DNA of 62,936 nt, counting the filler, from Octopus bimaculoides (lineage: Eukaryota): the NCBI RefSeq assembly GCF_001194135.2. It is 4 parts of 4 records of this genome, joined end to end, with 100 filler letters (N's around TTAATTAATTAA, not from the genome) between each part and the next. Parts side by side here need not be neighbours in the genome. Positions count along the whole stretch, not along the records: positions 21,875 to 47,603 come from NC_068984.1; 3 more parts are not named here. One strand, written 5' to 3'. The notes beneath the pieces were generated by a model, which did not search any database, was not told where the DNA came from, and saw nothing but the letters and a program-made list of their open reading frames with translations. Below are positions 22,066 through 35,999 of this stretch, piece after piece (positions within the stretch are counted from its first letter, which is position 1; every line of letters starts with the position of its first letter). Made by a program: the position numbers and the translations under genes.

Positions 22066-23878
22066 GAATGTATTCATATATATATATAACTATGTATACA
22101 TACATATATATGTGTGTTTGTATATGTATATATATGTTTGTGTGTGTGTATAGTATATTTTGTGGCAACTACCTGTGTTGTGTTTGTTTTCATTTTATAT
22201 TCGCTCATTTATTCCCAGCCGGGTTTTTATATCGACGTCAACAAAATGAAAATTCTTATCGTAAAATGCATGAAATTGTCATGATTTTGGTCGTTAATTG
22301 ATTAGGAAAGAACATGTCTGCGTCTTGGGTGAATCTTCCGTGTTTCCTTTGTCGTCCTTTTGTTCAATATTTTAATAATATAAGTACATACTTACATATA
22401 TATACATATACGCATATATGTATATGCATGTATATACGTATGTATATAAAAATTACATATACACACACACATATATATATATATANNNNNNNNNNNNNNN
22501 NNNNNNNNNNNNNNNNNNNNNNNNNNNNNNNNNNNNNNNNNNNNNNNNNNNNNNNNNNNNNNNNNNNNNNNNNNNNNNNNNNNNNNNNNNNNNNNNNNNN
22601 NNNNNNNNNNNNNNNNNNNNNNNNNNNNNNNNNNNNNNNNNNNNNNNNNNNNNNNNNNNNNNNNNNNNNNNNNNNNNNNNNNNNNNNNNNNNNNNNNNNN
22701 NNNNNNNNNNNNNNNNNNNNNNNNNNNNNNNNNNNNNNNNNNNNNNNNNNNNNNNNNNNNNNNNNNNNNNNNNNNNNNNNNNNNNNNNNNNNNNNNNNNN
22801 NNNNNNNNNNNNNNNNNNNNNNNNNNNNNNNNNNNNNNNNNNNNNNNNNNNNNNNNNNNNNNNNNNNNNNNNNNNNNNNNNNNNNNNNNNNNNNNNNNNN
22901 NNNNNNNNNNNNNNNNNNNNNNNNNNNNNNNNNNNNNNNNNNNNNNNNNNNNNNNNNNNNNNNNNNNNNNNNNNNNNNNNNNNNNNNNNNNNNNNNNNNN
23001 NNNNNNNNNNNNNNNNNNNNNNNNNNNNNNNNNNNNNNNNNNNNNNNNNNNNNNNNNNNNNNNNNNNNNNNNNNNNNNNNNNNNNNNNNNNNNNNNNNNN
23101 NNNNNNNNNNNNNNNNNNNNNNNNNNNNNNNNNNNNNNNNNNNNNNNNNNNNNNNNNNNNNNNNNNNNNNNNNNNNNNNNNNNNNNNNNNNNNNNNNNNN
23201 NNNNNNNNNNNNNNNNNNNNNNNNNNNNNNNNNNNNNNNNNNNNNNNNNNNNNNNNNNNNNNNNNNNNNNNNNNNNNNNNNNNNNNNNNNNNNNNNNNNN
23301 NNNNNNNNNNNNNNNNNNNNNNNNNNNNNNNNNNNNNNNNNNNNNNNNNNNNNNNNNATATATATATATATATGTATGTATATATGTATATATGTATGTA
23401 TATATGTATGTATATATATATTATTACATTATTTTATGATGGAGGGCAACGCATCCATTTTTAAGTATATATATATATATATAAAGAGATGAGATAGAGA
23501 AAGTGTGTGCGTGAAGTGGGGGAGAGAACGCGAGAGAGAAAGGAGAGCGCGTGAGAGAGAGAGAGAGATAGAGAGATGTAGATAGATAGATAGAGAGACA
23601 TCTATATACATAATATTTACACATACACACATACAATACGTTGATGTTTACATTATTAGTCGTTTTATCTAATTGGCAATGACTTGCAAATAATTTCAAT
23701 AAATCAATGAGCGTGGTATTTTCGATATGATTGCCAATTAAATTTTAATAAATATTTCACTCCTTATTTAATCAAAGATTTTTTATCTTAATCTTTAGTA
23801 TTAATGCCAATAAAAGAACAACTATCTTGCAGTACCCACATTCTCCGTTCTTGTATATCCGTCGATACATACATACAT

Positions 23879-23918
<40 letters not shown>

Positions 23919-24719
23919 ATNNNNNNNNNNNNNNNNNNNNNNNNNNNNNNNNNNNNNNNNNNNNNNNNNNNNNNNNNNNNNNNNNNNNNNNNNNNNNNNN
24001 NNNNNNNNNNNNNNNNNNNNNNNNNNNNNNNNNNNNNNNNNNNNNNNNNNNNNNNNNNNNNNNNNNNNNNNNNNNNNNNNNNNNNNNNNNNNNNNNNNNN
24101 NNNNNNNNNNNNNNNNNNNNNNNNNNNNNNNNNNNNNNNNNNNNNNNNNNNNNNNNNNNNNNNNNNNNNNNNNNNNNNNNNNNNNNNNNNNNNNNNNNNN
24201 NNNNNNNNNNNNNNNNNNNNNNNNNNNNNNNNNNNNNNNNNNNNNNNNNNNNNNNNNNNNNNNNNNNNNNNNNNNNNNNNNNNNNNNNNNNNNNNNNNNN
24301 NNNNNNNNNNNNNNNNNNNNNNNNNNNNNNNNNNNNNNNNNNNNNNNNNNNNNNNNNNNNNNNNNNNNNNNNNNNNNNNNNNNNNNNNNNNNNNNNNNNN
24401 NNNNNNNNNNNNNNNNNNNNNNNNNNNNNNNNNNNNNNNNNNNNNNNNNNNNNNNNNNNNNNNNNNNNNNNNNNNNNNNNNNNNNNNNNNNNNNNNNNNN
24501 NNNNNNNNNNNNNNNNNNNNNNNNNNNNNNNNNNNNNNNNNNNNNNNNNNNNNNNNNNNNNNNNNNNNNNNNNNNNNNNNNNNNNNNNNNNNNNNNNNNN
24601 NNNNNNNNNNNNNNNNNNNNNNNNNNNNNNNNNNNNNNNNNNNNNNNNNNNNNNNNNNNNNNNNNNNNNNNNNNNNNNNNNNNNNNNNNNNNNNNNNNNN
24701 NNNNNNNNNNNNNNNNNNN

Positions 24720-24796
<77 letters not shown>

Positions 24797-25024
24797 ATAT
24801 ACACATACACGCTCAGACTGATTACTTCAGTTATAAGTAACGATATGTACGTATCTATATATAATCTATATTTATGTATATATTTATATATATATATATA
24901 TATATGTATATGTGTATATACATATACATATATACGTACACACACACATATATGCGTACGATTTGTATATATAGACATATGCTTATGTGTGCATATACGT
25001 GTATGTATATATATNNNNNNNNNN

Positions 25025-25067
<43 letters not shown>

Positions 25068-25079
25068 CAGAATTCATCC

Positions 25080-25780
25080 ATGGCTGAGGTCACGTGCCAT
25101 ACTCCCCTTACATAATTCAGGATGGCAATCTCTTTTTCTCAACAGGCCCTGCGCCATTTAACCATTATTCCAATACTAATGACAGAAGGAAAAGATCCCA
25201 TCACCTTCACACGAAACTCGGACAAATTTCTTCAAGAGATACCACACAACCCACCTCTATCTGGAAACATTTCAGTCAACAGCATCTCCCTCCTTGAATG
25301 GAACGTGATACCACAAAACTTCCCTTATAAATCACTTAACAGAACCTATCCGGAGGTTCTATTAAGTATGTCATGTCCTGGGCCAATCTTTGCAAAGTCG
25401 TGTCGCATTTTTGAGATAATCCCCTTGAGGATATCTTTTCGATATTTACTTTCCAATGTCTTTTCTTTGCAGGTTACTTTTTACCATGGGTATAAAATTC
25501 GTATCGATTTTACTCAATCAAAATTAGTTTAGACCAGACTTATATCAGATGGTGTGCGCTGTATGAATTCGATATTGGCTCTTATGCAATGCAATAGAAG
25601 CGTCTGGAAATATTCGTTCTGTCTTTGGAAAGGAAGCTTTAAGTGTCCCGAGATGCCAACAATGGTTTGACTAGTTTTGCCCAGGAAACTTTCTTACAAC
25701 AGATTCTGTTTGATATGGATGACCAAGTTCTGTCACTATTGACCTTCTGAAGAAAATACAAAGCACACTGCACTTGAATT
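25080..25780 (-). pseudogene. Unclassified decayed coding-like stretch, possibly a transposase remnant
   Basis: Non-repetitive, moderate-GC island. A minus-strand frame with scattered stops reads ...KYRKDILKGIISKMRHDFAKIGPGHDILN...LLSDL*GKFCGITFHSRREMLL...; no motif I can name. Confidence 0.25.
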
Positions 25781-25929
25781 AACCAAACAGGTCAACTCAA
25801 ATCACACCAACGTCATAACATATCTTCAAGAACTAAAAAAATATGTCTCAATTTGGTCAGTGGTCCCTCACTCTCTGCTCTGTGTAATCAAAGATTTTCC
25901 CTCTGCCCCTCAATGAGCAGTAGATTTGT

Positions 25930-26607
25930 TACCGAACCTTACCTGGGTAGAGTCATCACAAGTGATGAAAAGTTGGCTATCTTTAATGATATTCAAAGGA
26001 AATGACAATGGTTAGCGCCCAAAGAACCAGGAGAGCACAACTGCAATCCAGGACTAAACCCGAGTGAAGTTATGGTGCGTGCTTGGTGGGACGTGACGAG
26101 TGCCATCTATCCGGGCGCGTTGAACCAAAACGAATCGGTTAAAGAGGAGAGAGTGAAGTTGTCAATTAGAAACATTGCACAATAATTTGCAGGAAAAGCA
26201 CCCGTTAGTGGTTATTCTTAAAGGGGTGTTGTTTTGATTGCGATCATTGAAAACCCCTTTTATTACCCAGGGAAAATACGACGTTGATTGTGGAAGTCTT
26301 GTCTCATGTTCCTCAAAATCCTGATCTTGCTGCATCTCATTGCAGCAGAGAAAAACAGATTATCACCTATGGGAGATTTTAAATGATAGAAAAACAGATT
26401 ATCACCTATGGGAGATTTAAAATGATATTCAGTGTTCCTTTTCACGGAAACCTGAACAATGTTGCGCTGGAAGGATCAACAATTTGCCGAAGAGATGGAA
26501 TTGCGTTATCAATAATAATAAGAATTGTTATCTTCATTGACAATATCAATCAAGCATTTCTTTCTTTCCCACCTTGAAACGCGACAAAACTTTCTTTCCA
26601 TCCTAAT
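25930..26607 (+). mobile_element. mariner (DD34D-type) transposase catalytic domain remnant with 3' TIR
   Basis: RVITSDEKL...VMVRAWWDV...CQLETLHNNLQEKHP...WEVLSHVPQNPDLAA...DYHLW; ends aacgcgacaaaactttctttccatcctaata. Contains a 39-bp tandem duplication at 26350-26427. Confidence 0.75.
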
Positions 26608-26620
26608 AATATATCATACA

Positions 26621-26640
<20 letters not shown>

Positions 26641-26665
<25 letters not shown>

Positions 26666-26752
26666 TATATTATATTATGTGTGTGTGTGTATGTATAATG
26701 CACATACACACACTCACTCACACATAGATGCACAAAGGTTTGTGTACATGTT

Positions 26753-26797
<45 letters not shown>

Positions 26798-26879
26798 TAT
26801 ATTATGTGTGTGTGTGTATGTATAATGCACATACACACACTCACTCACACATAGATGCACAAAGGTTTGTGTACATGTT

Positions 26880-26900
<21 letters not shown>
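26641..26900. repeat. Tandem duplication of about 125 bp bounded by (TA)n
   Basis: ttatattatattatgtgtgtgtgtgtatgtataatgcacatacacacactcactcacacatagatgcacaaaggtttgtgtacatgtttatctttt occurs twice in a row. Confidence 0.85.
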
Positions 26901-26912
<12 letters not shown>

Positions 26913-27402
26913 CATTGGTGGGGGGTTGTGTATGTATGTCTACCTTTATATTTCGTATATATTTTTTAAGAAGTTCTTCCTAAAAATGTTTTTGAAGGTC
27001 GTAATAACCATGTTTCTCTAATAAGTATGTAATAATTTATTTTATCAAGGTCAGTATCCGCTCTAAGCCGAGAAAAAAATTATCTACAAAGTGCATCTAT
27101 TTTTTAATGGTATGATATAGTTTTTTAATAAAAAATAAGCGACAAAACGGATCCATGGGGACCTCCTAACTTGTGCAGAAGATCAAGATAGCGGCAGAAA
27201 CTGCTCTTCTTTCACGCTTACCAACTGAAATGTTTTATTTGGCGATTTATACTCTAAGATCATATACACCACGCGTGTATATGTGTATGCATCTATATGT
27301 ATATGTAGAAGTATGTGGATGCATGTGTGGGTGCTTAAGTAAATATGTATGGCAGCACACGTATACATGACATATACATACATACATATCCATTAATATA
27401 TT

Positions 27403-27450
<48 letters not shown>

Positions 27451-27510
27451 ACGTGTGTTTACGTATTTTTCGCTCGTTGGTGATGTCCTGTACTTGATGT
27501 ATTTCATATT

Positions 27511-27548
<38 letters not shown>

Positions 27549-28067
27549 NNNNNNNNNNNNNNNNNNNNNNNNNNNNNNNNNNNNNNNNNNNNNNNNNNNN
27601 NNNNNNNNNNNNNNNNNNNNNNNNNNNNNNNNNNNNNNNNNNNNNNNNNNNNNNNNNNNNNNNNNNNNNNNNNNNNNNNNNNNNNNNNNNNNNNNNNNNN
27701 NNNNNNNNNNNNNNNNNNNNNNNNNNNNNNNNNNNNNNNNNNNNNNNNNNNNNNNNNNNNNNNNNNNNNNNNNNNNNNNNNNNNNNNNNNNNNNNNNNNN
27801 NNNNNNNNNNNNNNNNNNNNNNNNNNNNNNNNNNNNNNNNNNNNNNNNNNNNNNNNNNNNNNNNNNNNNNNNNNNNNNNNNNNNNNNNNNNNNNNNNNNN
27901 NNNNNNNNNNNNNNNNNNNNNNNNNNNNNNNNNNNNNNNNNNNNNNNNNNNNNNNNNNNNNNNNNNNNNNNNNNNNNNNNNNNNNNNNNNNNNNNNNNNN
28001 NNNNNNNNNNNNNNNNNNNNNNNNNNNNNNNNNNNNNNNNNNNNNNNNNNNNNNNNNNNNNNNNNNN

Positions 28068-28099
<32 letters not shown>

Positions 28100-28674
28100 T
28101 GGCTGTGTGTGTGAGATGAATGTGTGTATGTTTGTGTATGTTGAAATATATACGCACACATGCAAGAGGTTGCTATGGTTGACAATATCAAATGGCTCGT
28201 GTAAGATGACCTACATAAAGCAGACATCTTTTAATGAATATGAAGGTAGCTTCTTTACAATATATTTGTAACAGCAGCGCAATAACTAAAATTGCTTTGA
28301 GAAGACGAACGGAACAAAAGCAATTATAATTGAAAAGGAACTTATCTTCTCTCTTACAGACTAATATTTCCATTATAATTACTAACGTGAAATAATGAAC
28401 AACATGGATATATAATTACTGGTATCATATGTAATAGTTTCCTTGAAAACAAAACTGAAGGAATAACAGAATCTTTTAGTTACTTTAAATTGCATTCATT
28501 TGAATTCGGGGTCTGTTATATTTTATCTTTTCCAAGTTACAGTCACTGCACTGCGGCCCTGCTGGGGCACAACTCTTCAATGTCTGGTACTTATTGTGTC
28601 GATCTCTTTCGCACAATCGCTACTTTGTCAGGACATGATGGGAGCACAAACAAAAAGGCATAAATACACGTATA

Positions 28675-28796
<122 letters not shown>

Positions 28797-29739
28797 TGTA
28801 TGTGTTTATGTATATACGTATACATACACTCACACATAAATGCACACACGCACTCCCACGCGTATATTTTTTATATATCAAATACCATACTGCATAAATT
28901 CTTAATGTATTGAAATTATCTCTTCTGTTTTATAATTACCGAACGGCAATTAAAACCAGCTCCACACGAGGAGATAATGTCAAGTATCAATACATCTCTG
29001 AAACTGATAGGCCATCAAGGAAAAGGATTGGCTTATTGTCAGGAGAAAAGAGGAGAGTTGTGGACATAAGTTTCTGCCTCAATAGGCGTCATCGGCACAG
29101 CGTTTGTCCAAGCCTATCTTCTGGCGTCCAAGTAAGAGAAATCACTCAGAGTAATCAGATACATGACTATGAACAACATAAAAAAATACACGGACATCAC
29201 ATGCAATACGATATAAATGTACTTAATTTATGCAAAGAACGTAGGCGTCTGTCTCTTGGCCACCGGAGACTAGTCGGCACAATAGTTATTTACTGAAACA
29301 GAAACATGAATCCATAGCTGTCTTCTGATCTCCAGAGAATATGCCAATCCTTTTCCTTAATTACAAATCAACTCTGGAGATTTCTTCATTCTTCAGATTA
29401 TCTGTCCTATTCATATGGAACTATTCTAAATAGTTATTTAGTAACTCTGACACATCTAGGAGCGAATATAATTCTAATAAATCAAAACTTTATGTTGTAC
29501 GGTATTTGATAGATCTGTAGTTGTCTATGTTGTTCGTCACTCTCCAATATTTATTGTGTTTTTAACACAGTAAATCGATAAAAGATGTTATCTTAAGACA
29601 AATAAAATAGTAGCTAGCCTATCAACGGTGTATATACATTTAGTATGATACATAGATGGCTATTTTAATTACATACTACCTCAATTGCGTATACCGTTTA
29701 TACATGAGTGTGTGCGTATATATATATAGATCTATAAAT

Positions 29740-29769
<30 letters not shown>

Positions 29770-29774
<5 letters not shown>

Positions 29775-29966
29775 GTAAGTAGCTTGCTACCAGCCACATG
29801 GTTCCGGGTTCATTCCCACTGCATGGCATCTTGGGCAAGTGTCTTCTACTATAGCCTCGGGCCGACCAAAGCCTTGTGAGTGGATTTGGTAGACGGAAAC
29901 TGAAAGAAGCCCGTCGTATATATGTATATATATATGTGTATATGTTTGTGTTTGTGTTTGTCCCCA
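29770..29966 (+). mobile_element. SINE family B, 5' half
   Basis: tgtggtaagtagcttgc...gggttcattccc...gtgagtggatttggtagacggaaactgaaagaagcccgtcg, then microsatellite and gap. Confidence 0.9.
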
Positions 29967-31070
29967 NNNNNNNNNNNNNNNNNNNNNNNNNNNNNNNNNN
30001 NNNNNNNNNNNNNNNNNNNNNNNNNNNNNNNNNNNNNNNNNNNNNNNNNNNNNNNNNNNNNNNNNNNNNNNNNNNNNNNNNNNNNNNNNNNNNNNNNNNN
30101 NNNNNNNNNNNNNNNNNNNNNNNNNNNNNNNNNNNNNNNNNNNNNNNNNNNNNNNNNNNNNNNNNNNNNNNNNNNNNNNNNNNNNNNNNNNNNNTATATA
30201 TATATATATATATATATATAAACATAATTAAGGGATCAGCAAGCATTTGCTTCACCATATACCGAAGTTCAGAAATAGCAGCTAAATTGATAAATCTTTA
30301 CCCTTTTAATTTGTAATAATTATATATATATATATGTATGTATGCATAAATATCGTAAACAGAAAACAGATTTGACACTGATTACCGCACCTAGCTTCTC
30401 TTAGTATTTTTTCTATTATCTTGAATTGCGCACACTCGCCCATCCTACCTGAGGTTGATTCCCCACCCTGCACAATCTACATTGGACACAGGACTGGAGA
30501 GAGAAACCTAATATTGAGACCGATTTGGGATTGTGTGAAGCAATTTACTCTGTCCTACACTCACACTCACACACATGTATATATGACGGTTGTTTATATG
30601 TATACACATACATATATATATACATATAAATATATATATATATGTACACATGTATATATGTATATATGTATATATGTGTATGAGTATATGTATTTATGTG
30701 TGTGCGTGTCTGTGTGTGTGTGCGTGTGTGTGTACAGTTAAGGTAAAGAACCCTGACAGAGAATGTCTCTAAATTACAGTCCTGTCATTCTAGACTCCAT
30801 CGATACATTTTCTGTCCTATTAAGCAGACCTAATTCAGAGAAATATTTTTATATTCCTTCGTAAATAAGGTTTTAATTAAGAATCAACAGAATCTAATTT
30901 AATTGGAAGCTACGTAGATATTTATGAGAAGATTTCTCCCAATTAATATTCCATCGGATTTCTCCGTGCCACAAAATTCTTATCACAAATATGGTAATTT
31001 GTTCTCAGTTAGCAGTAATTTACTCCAACTGAACCCAAGGGGCTACATAGGTGTGTATGCATGAATACAC

Positions 31071-31121
<51 letters not shown>

Positions 31122-31410
31122 AATAAATAAATAAATAAATATATATATATATATANNNNNNNNNNNNNNNNNNNNNNNNNNNNNNNNNNNNNNNNNNNNN
31201 NNNNNNNNNNNNNNNNNNNNNNNNNNNNNNNNNNNNNNNNNNNNNNNNNNNNNNNNNNNNNNNNNNNNNNNNNNNNNNNNNNNNNNNNNNNNNNNNNNNN
31301 NNNNNNNNNNNNNNNNNNNNNNNNNNNNNNNNNNNNNNNNNNNNNNNNNNNNNNNNNNNNNNNNNNNNNNNNNNNNNNNNNNNNNNNNNNNNNNNNNNNN
31401 NNNNNNNNNN

Positions 31411-31620
31411 GAGTGTTTATTGAGCGAAACCACCTAAATATCCACGAAGCTCCGGCAAGGGGGGGGGAACCCTGCTGTGCTCTTTCACCCCAACTTTCTT
31501 CTGTCACTCTTTCTTCCTGTTTCTCTTGTACCTGTATTTCAAAGGGCCAGCCTTGTCATATTCTGTGTCATGCTGAATGTCCCCGAGAACTATGTTAAGG
31601 GTACACGTGTCTGTGGAGTT
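31411..31620 (+). mobile_element. SINE body (family C-related), head lost in gap
   Basis: gagtgtttattgagcgaaaccacctaaa...cctgtatttcaaagggccagccttgtca...gtacacgtgtctgtggagt; recalled as an abundant octopus SINE body. Confidence 0.55.
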
Positions 31621-31624
31621 GGTT

Positions 31625-32110
31625 CAAATGCCATCTCTTCTATAACTGAAAGGTGTTCGATTATTTCTATCGTCCTCATGTCAGCAGATGATGGTCATTC
31701 AAAAGTGCAGAAAAATCTTCTACCGAGCGCTTATGAATAGAAGCGGTGTCAATCAGAAGTAAACGTCCATTTGCTGTTCTCACTGGAACTATTGAAGATT
31801 TTAGGCCATATACCTCCTTAACATAAGAGTACAAACCCTTGGTATCTTTCAGCTGCTTCTTGTGCCCCTTTTGCTCTATCATTTCACCATTCCTGTTTAA
31901 TTTTCCTTAGAGCAGTCTGCACTTTACTTTTCAGCTTTCTGTAAGCTTCGTTTGAGCTGGGGTTCAAGGACTGAGAAAGAAGTGTATTGCCTAAGTTTTG
32001 TCTTTCTAAAAGTAGATCATGAATTCCTGCTGATCTCTCTGAGAACCAGTCACTGGACTTACATGATTTAAATCCCATTGACGAACTTGCAGCCTGAAAT
32101 ACTTTTGTTC
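31625..32110 (-). mobile_element. RTE (BovB-like) LINE ORF2 fragment, endonuclease-RT linker
   Basis: SSDWFSERSAGIHDLL...NPSSNEAYRKLKSKVQTALRKIKQEW...GLYSYVKEVYGLKSSIVPVRTANGRLLLIDTASIHKR...FSALLN, matching the RTE linker DWFDEN...VYGP...DG..LLTD...RW.EHF..LLN. Confidence 0.8.
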
Positions 32111-33820
32111 TGAAATTATATAAACTACTAAAAAATAAATATCAGTCACTAGGATAGGGCTTCATAGAAATGACAGGTAGGACGTATCCTATAAGATGAC
32201 TGTCATATATTTGATAGCTTGAGAAAAACTAATTCGTTGTTTAATCATTGCAACGAACACGAATATGTATAATAATGACATTTCTAAATAGCTTGATACT
32301 TCCCTACCAAAAGCGAAATGCAGAAACAATTTAAAGGTTCTGACAACCCATATAATTTTAAAACACATCACCGATAGCATTAGCAGATAAGGACATATTC
32401 AATAAATTCACTATCCCCGCTAGTCGCAGCACGCAATGAATTTTTATATAAACGAGAGTCAACCGAATGCACAACACACAACACATCAAACAGAAACACG
32501 AGTATAATCTGCTTTGATGCCCCGTACAGCATGAACGAACCTATAAATACAGCGACGAACGTTCTTTCACTGATAAGCACGCACTCGCTCATTTTACGTA
32601 GATACCTCGAGATATTTAACGAGAACTCCATAAAATATTTTCTCTAGTCATTATATATTTCTAAATCTCTCACTATGTGTAAACCTTCAAAACAACAAAT
32701 CACAACTAACTAAACGTATAAAACTGTTGTCTTAAGGTAAAATGCTTATTAAAACGCTGGTGTAACGTGCTATCGTATTGAAAAGACAAATATTGGGTTG
32801 ACATAAAAGAACTGACAGTACTGAAATGGTTGACATAGAGCTGACTGAAAACTTTCAAACCTGATATCGACAAGCCCAAATTAATGCTACATCATTGTCA
32901 CAATAACTGCGGATACTAGATAAAAGCTAACAGGATCAATGATTTCTTTTTAATTTTCTTTGAGGCTTAGGACTCATAAGGTCGGTTACTCGGCTTCCAT
33001 AAGATTTAAGTGACTGAGATCACAACATTCACCTTGAACGGGTATCAATCCATTGCAGGGTTCAAGATTTTGAAAGAAGGGGACAGGTCTTTACATCGAT
33101 CCCAACATTTTGCTGGTATTTCATTTTATCGACTCTGAAGGAACGAAAGGAAAAGTTCAACGCGGCGGCATTTGAACACAGGGCCGGAAGGAATACCTCT
33201 AAGCACCTCGTCCGACATGCTAACGATTCTATCAGTTCAACGCCTGGAGCGTCAACAATGCTGTTATAAACTAGTGCACATGCGACCACACACACACATG
33301 CATCCGTTCATCCATAGCTATAAATAAGTATGTAGCGACACCAGTATCTATCAATATGTATGCTTGTGTCTGTTGACGGTGGCAATTTGGTAAACGGTAC
33401 CATAGTGCTAGGGCTAGCAGAAGTGGAAAGGGGGGGGAGCCAGTCAGATGAATAACGCTTCTAAAGTCATATCAGTGACAGTAGAGAATGACATGTTTCC
33501 TCTTTATGCTTCTTCCAAGGTACATAGCATGAAATATAAGCCTGTCAGTTCTTTCGTTTTCAATGCGAATCCAGTGTGAATTATGTCAACGGTTTTCCCT
33601 GGCTTCTGTATCAGACATTCAGCCATATTTACTTTCAAATATACAAACAAAAATACATATCTACATAGAATATACATACATGCATATATGCATGTATGTA
33701 TGTATGTTTCTATGTATATATATGTATGTTTATATATATGTATATATATGTGTATGTATATATATATGTATACATATATTTATGTGTGTGTGTGTGTGTG
33801 TGTCTGTCTCTAGATATATG

Positions 33821-33855
<35 letters not shown>

Positions 33856-34769
33856 NNNNNNNNNNNNNNNNNNNNNNNNNNNNNNNNNNNNNNNNNNNNN
33901 NNNNNNNNNNNNNNNNNNNNNNNNNNNNNNNNNNNNNNNNNNNNNNNNNNNNNNNNNNNNNNNNNNNNNNNNNNNNNNNNNNNNNNNNNNNNNNNNNNNN
34001 NNNNNNNNNNNNNNNNNNNNNNNNNNNNNNNNNNNNNNNNNNNNNNNNNNNNNNNNNNNNNNNNNNNNNNNNNNNNNNNNNNNNNNNNNNNNNNNNNNNN
34101 NNNNNNNNNNNNNNNNNNNNNNNNNNNNNNNNNNNNNNNNNNNNNNNNNNNNNNNNNNNNNNNNNNNNNNNNNNACAACAACAACAACAACAACAATAAT
34201 AATAATAATAATAATAATACTGAAAAAAGGCATCGGAAAGGCAATGCATACCCTGCGCGCAGATAAATTGTTTCGCAAATTCTAGGGTGGTTCACAATGC
34301 GTTGCTTACCCAGGCTTTTTAATTGGACGGAATTAATATCACCATTATAATTAGTATCACCATTATAATTATTTATACTCCGGTGAAATTAAGAAATTCA
34401 CTCGTAAATAGACGAAACCCTCGTATCCATCAGTGTACATACCCCATCACATATGTACACAGTCGCATATCTATGTATGTATTTATGTATGTATGTATGT
34501 TTATATGTAAGTGTGTTTATATGTTTGTATGTATGTACATATATATGTTTGTATGTAAGTATGTATGTATGTATGTGTGTGTATGTTGTATGTATGTACC
34601 CACACGTGGCTACGCGCATAGCTACACCATGATCTTTACACACGCAGACGAGAGTCGATTCATATGAGAAAGAAAGTGAACAAAATAATATGACGACTTG
34701 CTTATCGGGAAATTTATAAGTTCGATTTCAATTTTTTTTTTCTCTTTTAAAAATAATCAAACCAAATTG

Positions 34770-34925
34770 TCTTCATTTTGAGCCACTCATCCAATGAGTA
34801 TTTCTGCCAAATTTGGTGAAAGTCCATTCTGCAGTTTTCCAGTAATTTTGCAAACACACAGACAGACGAGTACTGGTGATTACAATACCCTGCTTTCGCT
34901 TACGCGCCCAGGGTAATAATAACAA
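34770..34925 (+). mobile_element. Possible non-autonomous Helentron/DINE-like 3' end
   Basis: gccaaatttggtgaaa...acacacagacagac...caataccctg...cagggtaataataa: (ACAG) tract followed by a ccctg/caggg stem-loop. Confidence 0.35.
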
Positions 34926-35139
34926 TTGGGATGTCAGCCGACTCTGTGGCTTTAAAGTGAAAGAAAAGTAGTTTGTACACAAACAAAAGGCGGTGATGTT
35001 GAATGATAATTTGTAAAAGATTATTCCATAAAGACAAACCATTCGATTGAGGCAAAAATATCAGCTTTGATTATAAAGAACAGAAGAAATAAACAGTGTA
35101 AACAGGGGAGATAATTGAGGAAATAGGCAAATATTAGGA

Positions 35140-35350
35140 TTGAACTAGAGAGATGAAGAGGTTGTGGAAGACTAAGGTGAGAATTGGTCCTCAGGTAAGT
35201 GGTGAACTTAGCATAAAAAATAAACCCCTACGAAAGAGGCTGAGGCATACGGGAATTGAGATACGCACTGTCAACTTTCAGAAGAGTGCCATCGTTTGCT
35301 CTGCCAGAATTCTAAGAATATTCTTGAGATTTGAAGAAACTCGATGTCAC
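35140..35350 (+). mobile_element. R4/Dong-like LINE C-terminus (fragment 6, older)
   Basis: EMKRLWKTKVRIGPQVSGELS...FQKSAIVCSARILRIFL. Confidence 0.6.
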
Positions 35351-35531
35351 CAAACCTCAAAACACCTTTCTGTCCAAAACGTTCCTCTGAAAATGAATGA
35401 CAAAAATATTTCTGTAGGAATCGATGTGTTTGAGAACACACACACACACACATTAAAATCCGCATAGGAGTCAAACGCACAAATATACATATATGTATAC
35501 AAATATATATATGTAGCGAAATAAGTATATA

Positions 35532-35569
<38 letters not shown>

Positions 35570-35999
35570 NNNNNNNNNNNNNNNNNNNNNNNNNNNNNNN
35601 NNNNNNNNNNNNNNNNNNNNNNNNNNNNNNNNNNNNNNNNNNNNNNNNNNNNNNNNNNNNNNNNNNNNNNNNNNNNNNNNNNNNNNNNNNNNNNNNNNNN
35701 NNNNNNNNNNNNNNNNNNNNNNNNNNNNNNNNNNNNNNNNNNNNNNNNNNNNNNNNNNNNNNNNNNNNNNNNNNNNNNNNNNNNNNNNNNNNNNNNNNNN
35801 NNNNNNNNNNNNNNNNNNNNNNNNNNNNNNNNNNNNNNNNNNNNNNNNNNNNNNNNNNNNNNNNNNNNNNNNNNNNNNNNNNNNNNNNNNNNNNNNNNNN
35901 NNNNNNNNNNNNNNNNNNNNNNNNNNNNNNNNNATATATATATATATATATATATATATAGGTTCAAAAAACCACAAAAAACAATAACAAAAAACAACA

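Noticed and set aside
28910-29296. 128-aa plus-strand ORF
   Set aside because: No recognisable motif and no credible start or splice signals; a weak KPILFLDG similarity on the minus strand hints at TE decay but is not enough to call.
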